From positions 1-34,345 of the forward strand of contig JBKJLP010000260.1 of assembly GCA_046596735.1 (NCBI GenBank): a stretch of DNA of 34,345 nucleotides, in the 5' to 3' direction. A model generated the notes under the pieces. It did no database searches. It saw only the letters and a program-made list of their open reading frames with translations, and was not told the DNA's origin. Positions 7,390 through 16,248 of the stretch are shown piece by piece. Positions within the stretch are counted from its first letter, which is position 1. Each line of letters starts with the position of its first letter. This DNA is from Mycobacteriales bacterium (GTDB lineage Bacteria > Actinomycetota > Actinomycetes > Mycobacteriales > SCTD01). The translations under genes were made by a program, and so were the position numbers.

Positions 7390-8146
7390 GCACCGATCCG
7401 AGTAGCGAGTGCGCCGCCCGCCGGACCGGCCCGAGCCGACCCACGGAGGCGTAGCCGACAGACCAGGCGCGGCTGAGCTTGAGCCGGAAAGTGCGGTCGG
7501 TCTCCGTGGCATTGACGTCCGTACGCCGGATGGCGTAGCGCCCGTGCGGGTCGTGCACCGCAAAGCCCGCCTCGTAGCCGGCGTCGCGCACGGCGTCGCG
7601 AGCACGCGCATCGTGGTGGCCTGAGGCATAAGCGAACGCGCGCGGCGGCGCTCCGAGCAGCTCACCGAGCGCGTCCCGGGTGGCGTGGACCTGCTGCTGT
7701 AGCGCCGCCGGGGACAGCCCGGGCAACAACGTGTGATCCCAACCGTGCGCCTCGACGCCGACACCGCCGGCGACGAGCTCCCGCAGGCCCTGCGCCCCGA
7801 GCAGTGGTTCGTCAGGCATCTCCGGCATCCACCCGGATCGCCCGTCCAGCCGACCGGGGAGTGCGAACAGCGTCGCGGGCAAGCTGCGCTGGCGCAGTTC
7901 GGGCAGAGCCAGCTCCAAGGTGTTGACGTAGCCATCATCGATCGTCAGCAGCAGGCTCTTGCGCTTCCATGAGCCGCGGCCCAGCCCGGTGAGGTAATCG
8001 TCCATCGTGAGCGGCGCGAAACCCAGCCGTAGGACGGTGTCGAGTTGTCGCCCGAAATCGTCGGGGGCGACAAACAGCCGGTGCGGGTCGGTGGCGTCGT
8101 CGCGGGCCCCGAAGGCGTGGTACATCAAGATCAGCGGTCGGTTCAC
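7385..8146 (-). CDS. Polysaccharide deacetylase (NodB homology domain)
   Basis: Motifs are LLLTIDDGY (the TFDDG-type motif 1), ATLFAL and EAHGWDHT (the H-x3-H motif 2). The GTG start at 8146 forms a GTGA overlap with the stop of the upstream co-polymerase gene. The longer ORF to 8386 would run through that gene. Confidence 0.85.
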   Translation of the reverse strand: MNRPLILMYHAFGARDDATDPHRLFVAPDDFGRQLDTVLRLGFAPLTMDDYLTGLGRGSWKRKSLLLTIDDGYVNTLELALPELRQRSLPATLFALPGRLDGRSGWMPEMPDEPLLGAQGLRELVAGGVGVEAHGWDHTLLPGLSPAALQQQVHATRDALGELLGAPPRAFAYASGHHDARARDAVRDAGYEAGFAVHDPHGRYAIRRTDVNATETDRTFRLKLSRAWSVGYASVGRLGPVRRAAHSLLGSVR

Positions 8147-9552
8147 AGGTCGTTCTCCACGAGCGACGGCCGTTGATAGCCCGACGCGCGCGAGGGCGCC
8201 CTCCCGCCATTGAGGACTGTCCCCACCAAACGCAGTTGTAGCGCCGCCACGACCGAGACGGCGTCGGTGACCTCCTGCAGCGCGGTCCCCACGGCCACGA
8301 CGAGCAGCACCCCCTGTGCCATCGCCACGACGCTCCGCGCGTCCTCGTCCTGCAGCGGGGGGCAGTCCAGCACGACGAGGTCGCACTGCTCACGGAGGCG
8401 CTCGAGCAGGTCAGGCAGCATCCGACGCATCTCGGCGACGTCGGCCGGTCGGACGTCGGTGGGCAGCACCCGCACCCCGTCCACCGGACCCTCGTGCAAA
8501 CTGCGCTCGAGCTGACCGGTGCCGCGCAACGCCAGGGCCATCGCGGGAGGCTCGAACGGCCCCAGCGCCAGCGTGAGCCCAGCCCGCTGCGTGTCAGCGT
8601 CCAGCAAGACCACCCGCTTACCAGCGCGGGCCGCGGCGGCGCCCAGCGCGGTCGACAGGGTCGTCTTGCCGTTGCTGGTCGCCGGGGAGGTCACGGCAAG
8701 CGACCGCAGCGGAGCCTCGAGGTCAGCCCGCTCGAGCTGCAGCCAGGCGGCCCGCACGGCTGGCCCCAGCAGCGGATCGCTGACTTCCACGGTCTCGCCC
8801 CGGGACAACTGGGACGAGGCCGGCAACCGGCCGAGCACCGGCACTCCAGCGGCCCGCTCGAGGTCCGCTGGAGTGAGGATGCGCGGGCGCAGGCGCTCAC
8901 GGGTCAAGGCGACGGCCACGCCGGTCAGCACGGCCGCGAGGAGACCGGCGATCTCCAGCAGGCGGCGCGGCGGCCCGGACGGTGAGTCGGACGGGAGGGC
9001 GCGAGCCACAATTTGCGCCTCGAGCAACTCGTCGGCACGGGCGTAAACCAGCGCGGCATCACCGAAGGCATTAGCCACTTGGGCAGCCTGGCGGCTCGAC
9101 CCCAACGTGACGGTGACCGTCAGGTTGGCGGTGTCGGTCTGGATGGACGCGTCCGACGAGCGCGACAGTGTGCTGTCGTCCACGCCCGTCGCGGCGGTGA
9201 CGCGGGCCAGGGTGCTGGGCGCGGCCAAGAACGCGACGTAACGGGGCAGGACCAGCCGAATGACGTCGGCACCGACCGACGACCCCAACCGCGGCGTAAA
9301 CGACAGCGTCGTCTCGGCGGTGTAGACGGCCGGCCGGGACTCGGCGTAGACGGCGACACCCAGGAAGACCGGCACGGACACCAGCAGCAGCAGGGCCAGG
9401 TTGCGTCGAAGGCCCGCGGCCACCGCGGCCAAGCCATGCTCCTCGGTGCTCAGCTCGACTCCGGCGGGGCTCAGGGACAGGGCGCTCCGGCGGAGACGCA
9501 GGCGGAGCATATCGCCCGAGGGGGCTCGCGGCAGCGGGTTCGCGCGAGACAC
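8143..9552 (-). CDS. Polysaccharide co-polymerase (Wzz domain) fused to a BY-kinase-like P-loop ATPase
   Basis: Two TM segments (LALLLLVSVPVFLGVAVYA and LLEIAGLLAAVLTGVAVAL) flank a periplasmic-type domain. The C-terminal domain has Walker A-like SPATSNGKTT, Walker A' VVLLDADTQR and Walker B DLVVLDCPP. The start is uncertain. I favour GTG 9552 (GGAG 10 nt upstream). ATG 9510 and GTG 9591 are in frame, but the codons in 9553-9591 are A/T-ending and look non-coding. Confidence 0.8.
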   Translation of the reverse strand: MSRANPLPRAPSGDMLRLRLRRSALSLSPAGVELSTEEHGLAAVAAGLRRNLALLLLVSVPVFLGVAVYAESRPAVYTAETTLSFTPRLGSSVGADVIRLVLPRYVAFLAAPSTLARVTAATGVDDSTLSRSSDASIQTDTANLTVTVTLGSSRQAAQVANAFGDAALVYARADELLEAQIVARALPSDSPSGPPRRLLEIAGLLAAVLTGVAVALTRERLRPRILTPADLERAAGVPVLGRLPASSQLSRGETVEVSDPLLGPAVRAAWLQLERADLEAPLRSLAVTSPATSNGKTTLSTALGAAAARAGKRVVLLDADTQRAGLTLALGPFEPPAMALALRGTGQLERSLHEGPVDGVRVLPTDVRPADVAEMRRMLPDLLERLREQCDLVVLDCPPLQDEDARSVVAMAQGVLLVVAVGTALQEVTDAVSVVAALQLRLVGTVLNGGRAPSRASGYQRPSLVENDL

Positions 9553-9655
9553 GGCATTCACGCTCCGTAAGGCACAATTACTCTCTGTCACCCGTTTGGG
9601 CCATCCAGCGGTGGGCTCAAACGACGAACCTCTCTATGTCAACCCGTTCACTCGG

Positions 9656-9745
9656 GGTCGTTCGACAAGGGCAAACCCGCCGCGAGGCGGGGACGCAAAG
9701 CCACGGGACTCCTGTTGGGAGTTAGCCGGGTCACCGAAGACGACC
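9656..9745 (+). promoter_or_regulatory. c-di-GMP-I (GEMM-I) riboswitch aptamer
   Basis: The RNA reads GGUCGUUCGACAAGGGCAAACC-CGCC-GCGA-GGCG-GGGACGCAAAGCCACGGGACUCCUGUUGGGAGUUAGCCGGGUCACCGAAGACGACC. The blocks GGCAAACC, a GNRA-capped stem, GGGACGCAAAGCC, and UAGCCGGGUCACCGAAG match the Vc2 aptamer as I remember it (..ACAGGGCAAACCAUUCGAAAGAGUGGGACGCAAAGCCUCCGG...GUAGCGGGGUUACCGAUGG). The outer stem pairs GGUCGU/UCG (9656-9664) with CGA/ACGACC (9735-9745). The element lies in the 5' leader of the + strand hydrolase gene. Confidence 0.78.
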
Positions 9746-9777
9746 GGTCCTGAGCCAGCCCTCTGGGAGCCAGGACC
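9746..9777 (+). promoter_or_regulatory. Candidate riboswitch expression platform (hairpin that sequesters the RBS)
   Basis: GGUCCUG (9746-9752) pairs perfectly with CAGGACC (9771-9777). An inner CCAG/CUGG pairing is also possible. The hairpin encloses the GGGAG Shine-Dalgarno (9765-9769) and ends 1 nt before the GTG start at 9778. Confidence 0.45.
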
Positions 9778-11136
9778 GTGACCGTCCGTCGCCAGCTTCG
9801 TCGTAGCCTGACAGTGCTCTCCCTCGCCACTGCCCTGCTCGGAACGGGAGCCGTCGTGGCCACCTCCGCCTCCGCCGCCACCCCGGCCGGTCGTCCGCAG
9901 GTCGGCGTGCAGTTCAAGGGCATGTGGTCGGACTACACCGACACCCAGCGCGCCGCTGTGCTCGACAAGATGGCCGCCGCGAAGCTGGACACGGTCCGCA
10001 TCGACGTCAGCTGGGCGATGCTCCAGCCGACCGGCCCGGACAGCTACGACGCGTGGGGCGTCGGGTTCGTCGACAAGGTCATCACGATGGCGAACAGCCG
10101 TGGACTGACCCCCCTGATCACGCTCTGGATGTCACCCTCATGGGCCAACGGCGGTCGCAGTGACCGCACCCTGCCGAACAACCCGGCGGACTACGCCCGG
10201 GCCGCCCAGTGGGCCGCTGCCAAGTGGGCCGGCAAGGTGGGCGCCTGGGAAGTCTGGAACGAGCCCAACAGCAACGACTTCATGGTCGGTGCGAGCCCCA
10301 CCGCCTACGCCAACCTGCTCAAGGCCGCGTACCCCGCCTTCAAGGCCGGCGACCCGAACGCCACCGTCGTCTCCGGCGGCACGATGTACGTCGACACCGA
10401 CTGGATCGCCAAGATGTACGCCGCCGGCGCTGGTGGCAGCTTCGACGCCATCGCCGTCCACCCCTACATGGGCGTCGCCGACCTGGCCCCCGAGACCGCC
10501 GATGACGGCACCCAGTGGACGCTGGCCCACGTCTCCGCACTGCACGACCTGATGGTCTCCAAGGGCGACGGTGCCAAGTCGATCTGGCTGACCGAAATGG
10601 GCTGGAGCACGCACGCCACCGCCGCGGGCGCCCCCAACTGGGAGCGCGGCGTCAGCGAGGCGGTCCAGGCCGACTTCACGGTCCGTTCGATCGCCTTCAC
10701 GGCCAGCAAGCTCCCGTGGGTCTCCCACATGTTCTTCTACACCGAGCGCGACCAGGTCGACAGCCACATCCAGGACAACAACTACGGCCTGCTGCGCCGC
10801 GACCTGAGCCCCAAGCCGGTCTACACGGCCCTCGCCGCCCACCTCGCTGGCAGCAGCACGACGGCCCCGGCTCCCGCACCGCTGCCGGTCATCCCGCCGG
10901 CCGCCCCGGTCAGCAGCACCACGACGACCACGACGGCCACGACGGCTCCCGCCGAGCAGGTCGCCACTCCTGAGGTGCGCCGCACCCTGCGGATCAGCAC
11001 CAAGCCGCGCCGGGCGCAGGCCAAGCTCGCCGCGATCCAAGCCGCGACAGTCACCGCGCCGGTCGTCGGTCCGGCCTTGCGCCGCTACCCGCTGTCGTTC
11101 ATCGGCCCGCTCGCCCTCGGCGCGGTTCGGGTCTGA
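9778..11136 (+). CDS. Secreted clan GH-A (TIM-barrel) glycoside hydrolase, PslG/GH39- or GH5-like
   Basis: The signal peptide is MTVRRQLRRSLTVLSLATALLGTGAVVATSASA. Motifs are VRIDVSWAMLQP, WEVWNEPN (acid/base Glu) and WLTEMGWST (nucleophile Glu). The C terminus carries a Pro/Thr-rich linker (SSTTTTTTATTAP) and a basic/hydrophobic tail. The exact GH family cannot be decided by eye. Confidence 0.75.
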   Translation: MTVRRQLRRSLTVLSLATALLGTGAVVATSASAATPAGRPQVGVQFKGMWSDYTDTQRAAVLDKMAAAKLDTVRIDVSWAMLQPTGPDSYDAWGVGFVDKVITMANSRGLTPLITLWMSPSWANGGRSDRTLPNNPADYARAAQWAAAKWAGKVGAWEVWNEPNSNDFMVGASPTAYANLLKAAYPAFKAGDPNATVVSGGTMYVDTDWIAKMYAAGAGGSFDAIAVHPYMGVADLAPETADDGTQWTLAHVSALHDLMVSKGDGAKSIWLTEMGWSTHATAAGAPNWERGVSEAVQADFTVRSIAFTASKLPWVSHMFFYTERDQVDSHIQDNNYGLLRRDLSPKPVYTALAAHLAGSSTTAPAPAPLPVIPPAAPVSSTTTTTTATTAPAEQVATPEVRRTLRISTKPRRAQAKLAAIQAATVTAPVVGPALRRYPLSFIGPLALGAVRV

Positions 11137-11140
11137 CCGG

Positions 11141-12607
11141 TCAGGTCGACTCCAGGGCCGCGGCCGCCGGGTCAGGTCGGACAACGCTCAGTGCCAGCGC
11201 CAGCCCGACGAGGAACCACAGCAACGTCGCGATGAGGGCGCTCAGCAAGGTCACGTCGAACAGGCCCTGACCGACGAACGTCGCCAGCGCCGCCCCGACT
11301 CCGGCAGCCAGGCTCCCGTCGACCTCGTTGAGTCGCCGCGCGGCACGGAGCGCGGCGAAGCCCAGCGACAGGGTGAAGCCGAAGACCAGCACCACACCCG
11401 GTCCGCCAAGCTCGGCAGCCACGTGCAGCGGAAGGTCGTGCGCGTGCAACGCTGAGACGGTCCGCGCCCGCGAGGCGAGCCGGGACGAGACGTAAGGGAA
11501 CGCCCCCGGCCCTTGACCGAGCCACGGCGAGTCACGGAACTCGCGCAGGGCCTCGCCCCAGATGGTCGTGCGGTCGTCGTACGGGTTCTTGTCGGCACTG
11601 CCGATGCTCGTGAACCGCTCGCCCACGATCTGCAGCTCGCTGGCTGCCGGGGTGAGCGTCGCCGCGACGACAAGGGCGAGCAGCAATGGGGGGGCCAGCC
11701 GCACCAGCGCCCGGCGTGCGCGGCGCTGCAGAATCAGCAGTGCCAGGAACCCGGCGATGCAGCCGATCCACGCACCGCGCGAGAGCGACAGGCCCACTTG
11801 GAGCAGCGCCAGCGCACCCACAGCCCCCGCGGCCCAGCGCCCCCGGGCCGTGCGCGCGCCTAACCCCGCACCGATGGCCAGCAGCAGCACCGCCGCCGCA
11901 AATGAGCCGGCCTGATTGTGCTCGGTGAACAAGCCCTTGGAACCGCTGACGTTGGTCGCCCCCGCAGATGCGGACACCGTTCCCGAGACGACGAGCCCGA
12001 GCGCGCAGACGGCGCCGCCCGCGGCGAGCGCGGCCGCCACGAGGCGGCGCACGTCGGTGATGCGCCGGCACGCGCCGACGACGGCTAACGCGAGGAGCAG
12101 CCCGACGATGACGCTGGCGTCGCGCCGCAGGGCGATCTGCAGCTCAGGCGCCCGCGAGGTCGACAGCAGCATCTGCAGGATCAAGCCCATGGCCCACCAG
12201 GCGGGCGGCGGGAACGGCAGCGGACCCACGCCGCGGTTGAGCCGAGTCAGGACCACCACGCCCGCAGCGAGCAGCGCGGCGGCCTGTACCAGCGAAAGCA
12301 GACCGCCCGCGACCGAGTGATCGCCGGCGGCGATGCTCAGCGGCACCGCCGCCACCGCGATCACCGGCTGGCGCAGCGCCACGGCAACGAGGATCACCAG
12401 CGCCGGCAGCGCGACGACCAGGATCGGGCTACCTGCCGTGCCCACGGCACCCAGAAGCACGCCGAGCCCGGCTGAGACGAGCAGGATGAGCAGCACCAAC
12501 AGCGGTGTGGGGAGTCGGCTGACCGCGGCGACGAGCCGGGAACTCCCCCACTCGACCTCGCGCTCATCCGCGGCGATCACCGGCGGGCGGAAGGGCGTCG
12601 AGGTCAT
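11141..12607 (-). CDS. O-antigen ligase/polymerase-like membrane protein (Wzy_C domain)
   Basis: It is polytopic with more than 10 hydrophobic segments. It has the characteristic LSLSRGAWIG loop motif. The ATGA junction at 12604-12607 couples it to the upstream glycosyltransferase gene. Confidence 0.75.
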   Translation of the reverse strand: MTSTPFRPPVIAADEREVEWGSSRLVAAVSRLPTPLLVLLILLVSAGLGVLLGAVGTAGSPILVVALPALVILVAVALRQPVIAVAAVPLSIAAGDHSVAGGLLSLVQAAALLAAGVVVLTRLNRGVGPLPFPPPAWWAMGLILQMLLSTSRAPELQIALRRDASVIVGLLLALAVVGACRRITDVRRLVAAALAAGGAVCALGLVVSGTVSASAGATNVSGSKGLFTEHNQAGSFAAAVLLLAIGAGLGARTARGRWAAGAVGALALLQVGLSLSRGAWIGCIAGFLALLILQRRARRALVRLAPPLLLALVVAATLTPAASELQIVGERFTSIGSADKNPYDDRTTIWGEALREFRDSPWLGQGPGAFPYVSSRLASRARTVSALHAHDLPLHVAAELGGPGVVLVFGFTLSLGFAALRAARRLNEVDGSLAAGVGAALATFVGQGLFDVTLLSALIATLLWFLVGLALALSVVRPDPAAAALEST

Positions 12608-14715
12608 CGCGCCGACCGGCGCCGCTCGATCACGCCGAGCAGGCAGCCATAGGCCTTGGCGAGGTCCTTCACGCCGAGCACGACCGGGACCAGGGCAGCG
12701 GTCCGGACCGGCTGCGGCTGGCGGACGGCCTTAGCAACCGGGAGCGAGAGGTAGGCGGCGGCCCCGAACGCCACGGCGGCGCGGCTGCGCGAGCCACCCG
12801 CCAGGACGAGCAGCGGCGCTACGGCCGCAGCCGCGCCGCGGACGGCGTTGCGGGCGACGACCACACGCTCACCGTAGAGCCCGTCGCCACGTCCGTAGCT
12901 GCGGTACATCCTGGCCGTGGCGACCAGCGTCGCGTGGTGCTTCCAGATGGCGGGGCTGTCGGTCTGCAGGACGCAGCGGCCACCGGACTCGGCGATCGCG
13001 CGCCCGAAGGCGATGTCCTCTCCTGCCCGCAGGTGCTCGGGGAATCCGCCGACGCGTTCCCAGGCCGTACGCCGGAAGGCCACCGAGCGGCCGGCCGGGC
13101 GGGTGGCGTCGAACGAGCGGCCAAAGAGCCGCGCGTACCAGCGAGCGACCGGCCCTGGGTGGCGGGTGTCGCCGAGATCCGGGTAGAGCGCGACGGCCAT
13201 CGCTGCCTCGACCGGCGTGTCCCGGGTGACCTCGTAGGCCCCCATCACCAGATCGGGCGCGGGGTCGTCGGCCAGCGCCGTTCGCATCGCGTCCAGCCAA
13301 CCGGGCGGCAGGTCGTTACCCGCATCCGTGCAGACGACAAGCGGGTAGCGGGCCGGGGTGATGCCGGCGTTGCGCGCCGCAGAGGCGCCGCCATTGATCG
13401 CCAGAGCATGGACCGTGAGCCGTGGCTCCTGCCCCGCGAGGGCAGCCAGGAGCGCGGCGGTTCCATCGCCGGAGGCGTCGTCGACCACGACGAGCTCGTC
13501 GTCCGGGCCGAGCTGCTCGCGCAGCTGCTGGAGCAGCGCCTCGACGGTCTGCTCCTCGTTGAAGACGGGTACGACCACGCTCACCGGCGGCTGCCCCACG
13601 TCGCGGCCGGCCCCCGGTCGGCGGGCGGCAGCGCTCAGAACGCCAGCGAGCCGGTCCGCACTGGCGTGCGCGCTCGGATGCATCGCGACCAGTGCGCGGC
13701 AGGCGGCCGAGGCTGCGGCATGCACGGCCGGCTCAGCGAGGCGGCCCAACGCCGCGGCGATCTGCCCGGGAGCAGCGGCGTCAACGACCTCCCCGGCTCG
13801 GCCGGCCAGCCGGCGGGCCACCGGACCACCGCCGGTCGTGACGACCGGCACGCCCGCTGCCATCGCCTCCAGGGCGGTCATGCCGAAGCCCTCTCCGAGC
13901 GGGTCGCCCGCGCGCCCGGGCTTGGTCAGCACCGCGAGCGCGTCGAAGGCGCCCACCAGCCGCGAGGCGCCGGGCAGGTAGCCGCCCAGCTGCACCCGGT
14001 CGCGCACGCCGGCGCCGGACGCCAGCGCCTCCAGCCGGGTTCGTTCGCCGGGGTGGGCAGGATCGTCGCCGCCGAGCACGACGAGATGCCAGCGTTCGCC
14101 ACCGGGAAGCGACAGCGCCGCGATGGCGTCATCGACGCCCTTGTAGCCGACCAGCCTGGTCACCATGGCGAGCACCGGTCCGTCCGGGCGTGACAGGCCA
14201 GCCTCGACGAGGGCGGCCCAGGCACCGTCGCGAGGTAGCGCCGCCGGCGGGAGCGGCGGCTCGATCACGACGCCGTCGTCGCGACCGGTCGCCACCAGGA
14301 CCTCCTGCGACGGCCCGATCACCGCGTCAGCGGCGCGGGCCAGTCGACCGACCGCGCCCTCGAAGGCGTGATCGTGGCGGGCGAACACCAACGGGACTCC
14401 GGCGAGCCTGGCCGCGGGCGCCGCGACGAACTGCGCCTTCACGCCGTTGGCCAGCACCACGTCCGGCCGCAGTCGGCGCAACTGGCGGGCCAGCGCGAGG
14501 GCGGGCAGCACCAGGTCCACCGGGCGGGTGCCGACCTCGAGTACGTCAACGGGAATCCCGAGCTCGCTCAGTCGATCGCGCAGCGGGCCGTCCTGCAGCA
14601 GTAGTGCCCGCACCTCCAGCCGACCGGTGGCGCCGAGCAGCTGCAGCAGCCACTCCTCCTGCCCACCCACCACGGCGTGCGGCGCGATGACGAGCACGTC
14701 CAACCGTCGACTCAC
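12604..14715 (-). CDS. Bifunctional glycosyltransferase: GT4 (GT-B) N-terminal domain fused to GT2 (GT-A) domain plus C-terminal TM segments
   Basis: The N-terminal part has LDVLVIAPHAVVGGQEEW and EGFGMTALEAMAAGVPVV (an EX7E-type GT4 motif). The C-terminal part has VSVVVPVFNEEQTVEALL, VVVDDASGDGT and TDAGND (GT2 motifs), followed by hydrophobic helices. GTG 14715 forms a GTGA overlap with the flippase stop. Confidence 0.8.
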   Translation of the reverse strand: MSRRLDVLVIAPHAVVGGQEEWLLQLLGATGRLEVRALLLQDGPLRDRLSELGIPVDVLEVGTRPVDLVLPALALARQLRRLRPDVVLANGVKAQFVAAPAARLAGVPLVFARHDHAFEGAVGRLARAADAVIGPSQEVLVATGRDDGVVIEPPLPPAALPRDGAWAALVEAGLSRPDGPVLAMVTRLVGYKGVDDAIAALSLPGGERWHLVVLGGDDPAHPGERTRLEALASGAGVRDRVQLGGYLPGASRLVGAFDALAVLTKPGRAGDPLGEGFGMTALEAMAAGVPVVTTGGGPVARRLAGRAGEVVDAAAPGQIAAALGRLAEPAVHAAASAACRALVAMHPSAHASADRLAGVLSAAARRPGAGRDVGQPPVSVVVPVFNEEQTVEALLQQLREQLGPDDELVVVDDASGDGTAALLAALAGQEPRLTVHALAINGGASAARNAGITPARYPLVVCTDAGNDLPPGWLDAMRTALADDPAPDLVMGAYEVTRDTPVEAAMAVALYPDLGDTRHPGPVARWYARLFGRSFDATRPAGRSVAFRRTAWERVGGFPEHLRAGEDIAFGRAIAESGGRCVLQTDSPAIWKHHATLVATARMYRSYGRGDGLYGERVVVARNAVRGAAAAVAPLLVLAGGSRSRAAVAFGAAAYLSLPVAKAVRQPQPVRTAALVPVVLGVKDLAKAYGCLLGVIERRRSAR

Positions 14716-16211
14716 GGCCGGCGGGCCAGGGTCCGCACCAGCCGCAGTTGCTCCGGGAACAGCCACCGGGCCAGCAGCACCCAGGTCGCCAGGTAGACCA
14801 GCCCTCCGACAGCGCATTCGACCAGCACCGGCAGGTGCATCAGCAGCATCGCCGCGATCAGCGGCGGCAGCGCGAGCAGCGGTAGCCGCAGTGCGCGATC
14901 GACCCGCAGGTAGCCCATCGTGGGGCCGGCCAGCAGGATCGCCAGGAACCCCTCAGCGGCGTAGGACACGGTCGTCGCTATGGCCGCCCCGGGGCCCCCG
15001 TACAGCGGGATCACGACGAGGTTGAGCGCGATGTTGAGCCCAGCGCCGCCAAGTGTCGACAGCAGCACAGCTCGGTTGCGCTTGCGTGCGGTCAGCGCCT
15101 CGCTGGCCAGATAACTCAGGGCGAACGCGAGCGGGGCAGCGGCCAGCAGCCGCAGGGTGAGCGCGCTCTGCCCGGAGTATTCGGCGCCGAACAGCAGCTG
15201 CAGGAGCCGGGGACCTTCGATGATCAACAGTGCGCCGTACGGGACGAAGACCGTCGCGACTGCCGACAGCCCCTGCTCGGCCAGCGCCACGGCCTCGCTG
15301 TCCTTGAGCGCCCGACTCATCGCCGGGAAGATCGCCCGGGTGACCGCCCAGTTGACGAACAGCACCGTTTCAAGCAACCGGTAGGCGACGGCGTAGGACG
15401 CGAGTTCCTCGTCGCCGCGGATGAGGCCGAGCAGCACCGCGTCGAGGCGGAACAGCGCCATCGCGACAAGCGTGTCGATGCCCAGGACGAACGACGACCG
15501 CCACATCAGCCGCAGTTGCGGCCCGGTGACCGCCGACCAGTCCGGCCGAATCTGCAGGATGCGCAGCGCCCGCCAGGTCAGCACCTGCCCGAACACACTC
15601 GCGACGAGGTAGACGACCGCCACCGAGACGAGCCCCGAACCGCTGCCGAGCAGGGCGATGGCGAGCACGGCGGTCGAGAGCCGCTGGGCAATGAGCGCCA
15701 CGGACGTCCGGCCGCGCTTCTCCAAAGCGCCAGCCGCAGACCGCCCGGCGTCGCCGTACGTGTCGAGAACGGTCGCGAGCAGGATCAGCAGCAGGGCGAC
15801 GGAGGCCTCGGTCGAAGGGCGACTCAGTGCCCCCAGCCCGCCGCCCAGCAGCAGGACCGGCACGGCGAGGATGGAGCGCAGCGCAAGGGTCTGCGCCAGC
15901 GCAGCCCCGAGGTCGTTGGGGTCCGCGCTCCCCCGGCGGATGAGGACGCTGTCAAAGCCCCAGGCGGGCAGCGTGGCCAGCAGCATGCTGAAGGCCAGGG
16001 CGTACGAGAACGCGCCGAATCCGGCGGCTCCTAGGCTGCGAGCCGCCACGATGGTGAAGACCAGGGTGGCGACCTTGCCGGCCAGTTCGGCGCCCGCGAC
16101 GATGGCCACGTTGCGCGCCGCTCGTGACCCTGCGTCCCCCTCAGGGACACTGGGTGACGAGTCGCCGGGAGAACGCGTCTTCCGGGCCACGACATGATGT
16201 TCCCACGACAT
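14712..16211 (-). CDS. Polysaccharide flippase (Wzx, MOP superfamily)
   Basis: The roughly 500 aa protein has 12 or more TM helices. The N-terminal NVAIVAGAELAGKVATLVFTIVAARSLGAAGFGAFSYA is typical of Wzx/PST family members. I take the start at ATG 16211. The ORF extension to 16352 would overlap the divergent kinase gene. Confidence 0.75.
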   Translation of the reverse strand: MSWEHHVVARKTRSPGDSSPSVPEGDAGSRAARNVAIVAGAELAGKVATLVFTIVAARSLGAAGFGAFSYALAFSMLLATLPAWGFDSVLIRRGSADPNDLGAALAQTLALRSILAVPVLLLGGGLGALSRPSTEASVALLLILLATVLDTYGDAGRSAAGALEKRGRTSVALIAQRLSTAVLAIALLGSGSGLVSVAVVYLVASVFGQVLTWRALRILQIRPDWSAVTGPQLRLMWRSSFVLGIDTLVAMALFRLDAVLLGLIRGDEELASYAVAYRLLETVLFVNWAVTRAIFPAMSRALKDSEAVALAEQGLSAVATVFVPYGALLIIEGPRLLQLLFGAEYSGQSALTLRLLAAAPLAFALSYLASEALTARKRNRAVLLSTLGGAGLNIALNLVVIPLYGGPGAAIATTVSYAAEGFLAILLAGPTMGYLRVDRALRLPLLALPPLIAAMLLMHLPVLVECAVGGLVYLATWVLLARWLFPEQLRLVRTLARRP

Positions 16212-16248
16212 CCGCTGAACCCGCTGCGCAACGGAGAGGTGCCCCGAC

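Noticed and set aside
9648-9923. A 91-aa minus-strand ORF covering the hydrolase leader and start.
   Set aside because: It overlaps the riboswitch-like element and the signal-peptide coding region of the hydrolase gene. It has no motif and no plausible RBS.
10915-10950. A run of ACC/ACG codons (SSTTTTTTATTAP) that looks like a microsatellite.
   Set aside because: It is in frame within the hydrolase gene and encodes a Thr/Pro-rich interdomain linker. It is imperfect at the DNA level and not an independent repeat element.
11139-11179. A direct repeat GGTCAGGTCG at 11139-11148 and 11170-11179.
   Set aside because: It is a short (10 bp) single pair lying in the 3' coding end of the Wzy-like gene. 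It is compatible with chance in GC-rich DNA, and there are no flanking features suggesting an att site or mobile element.
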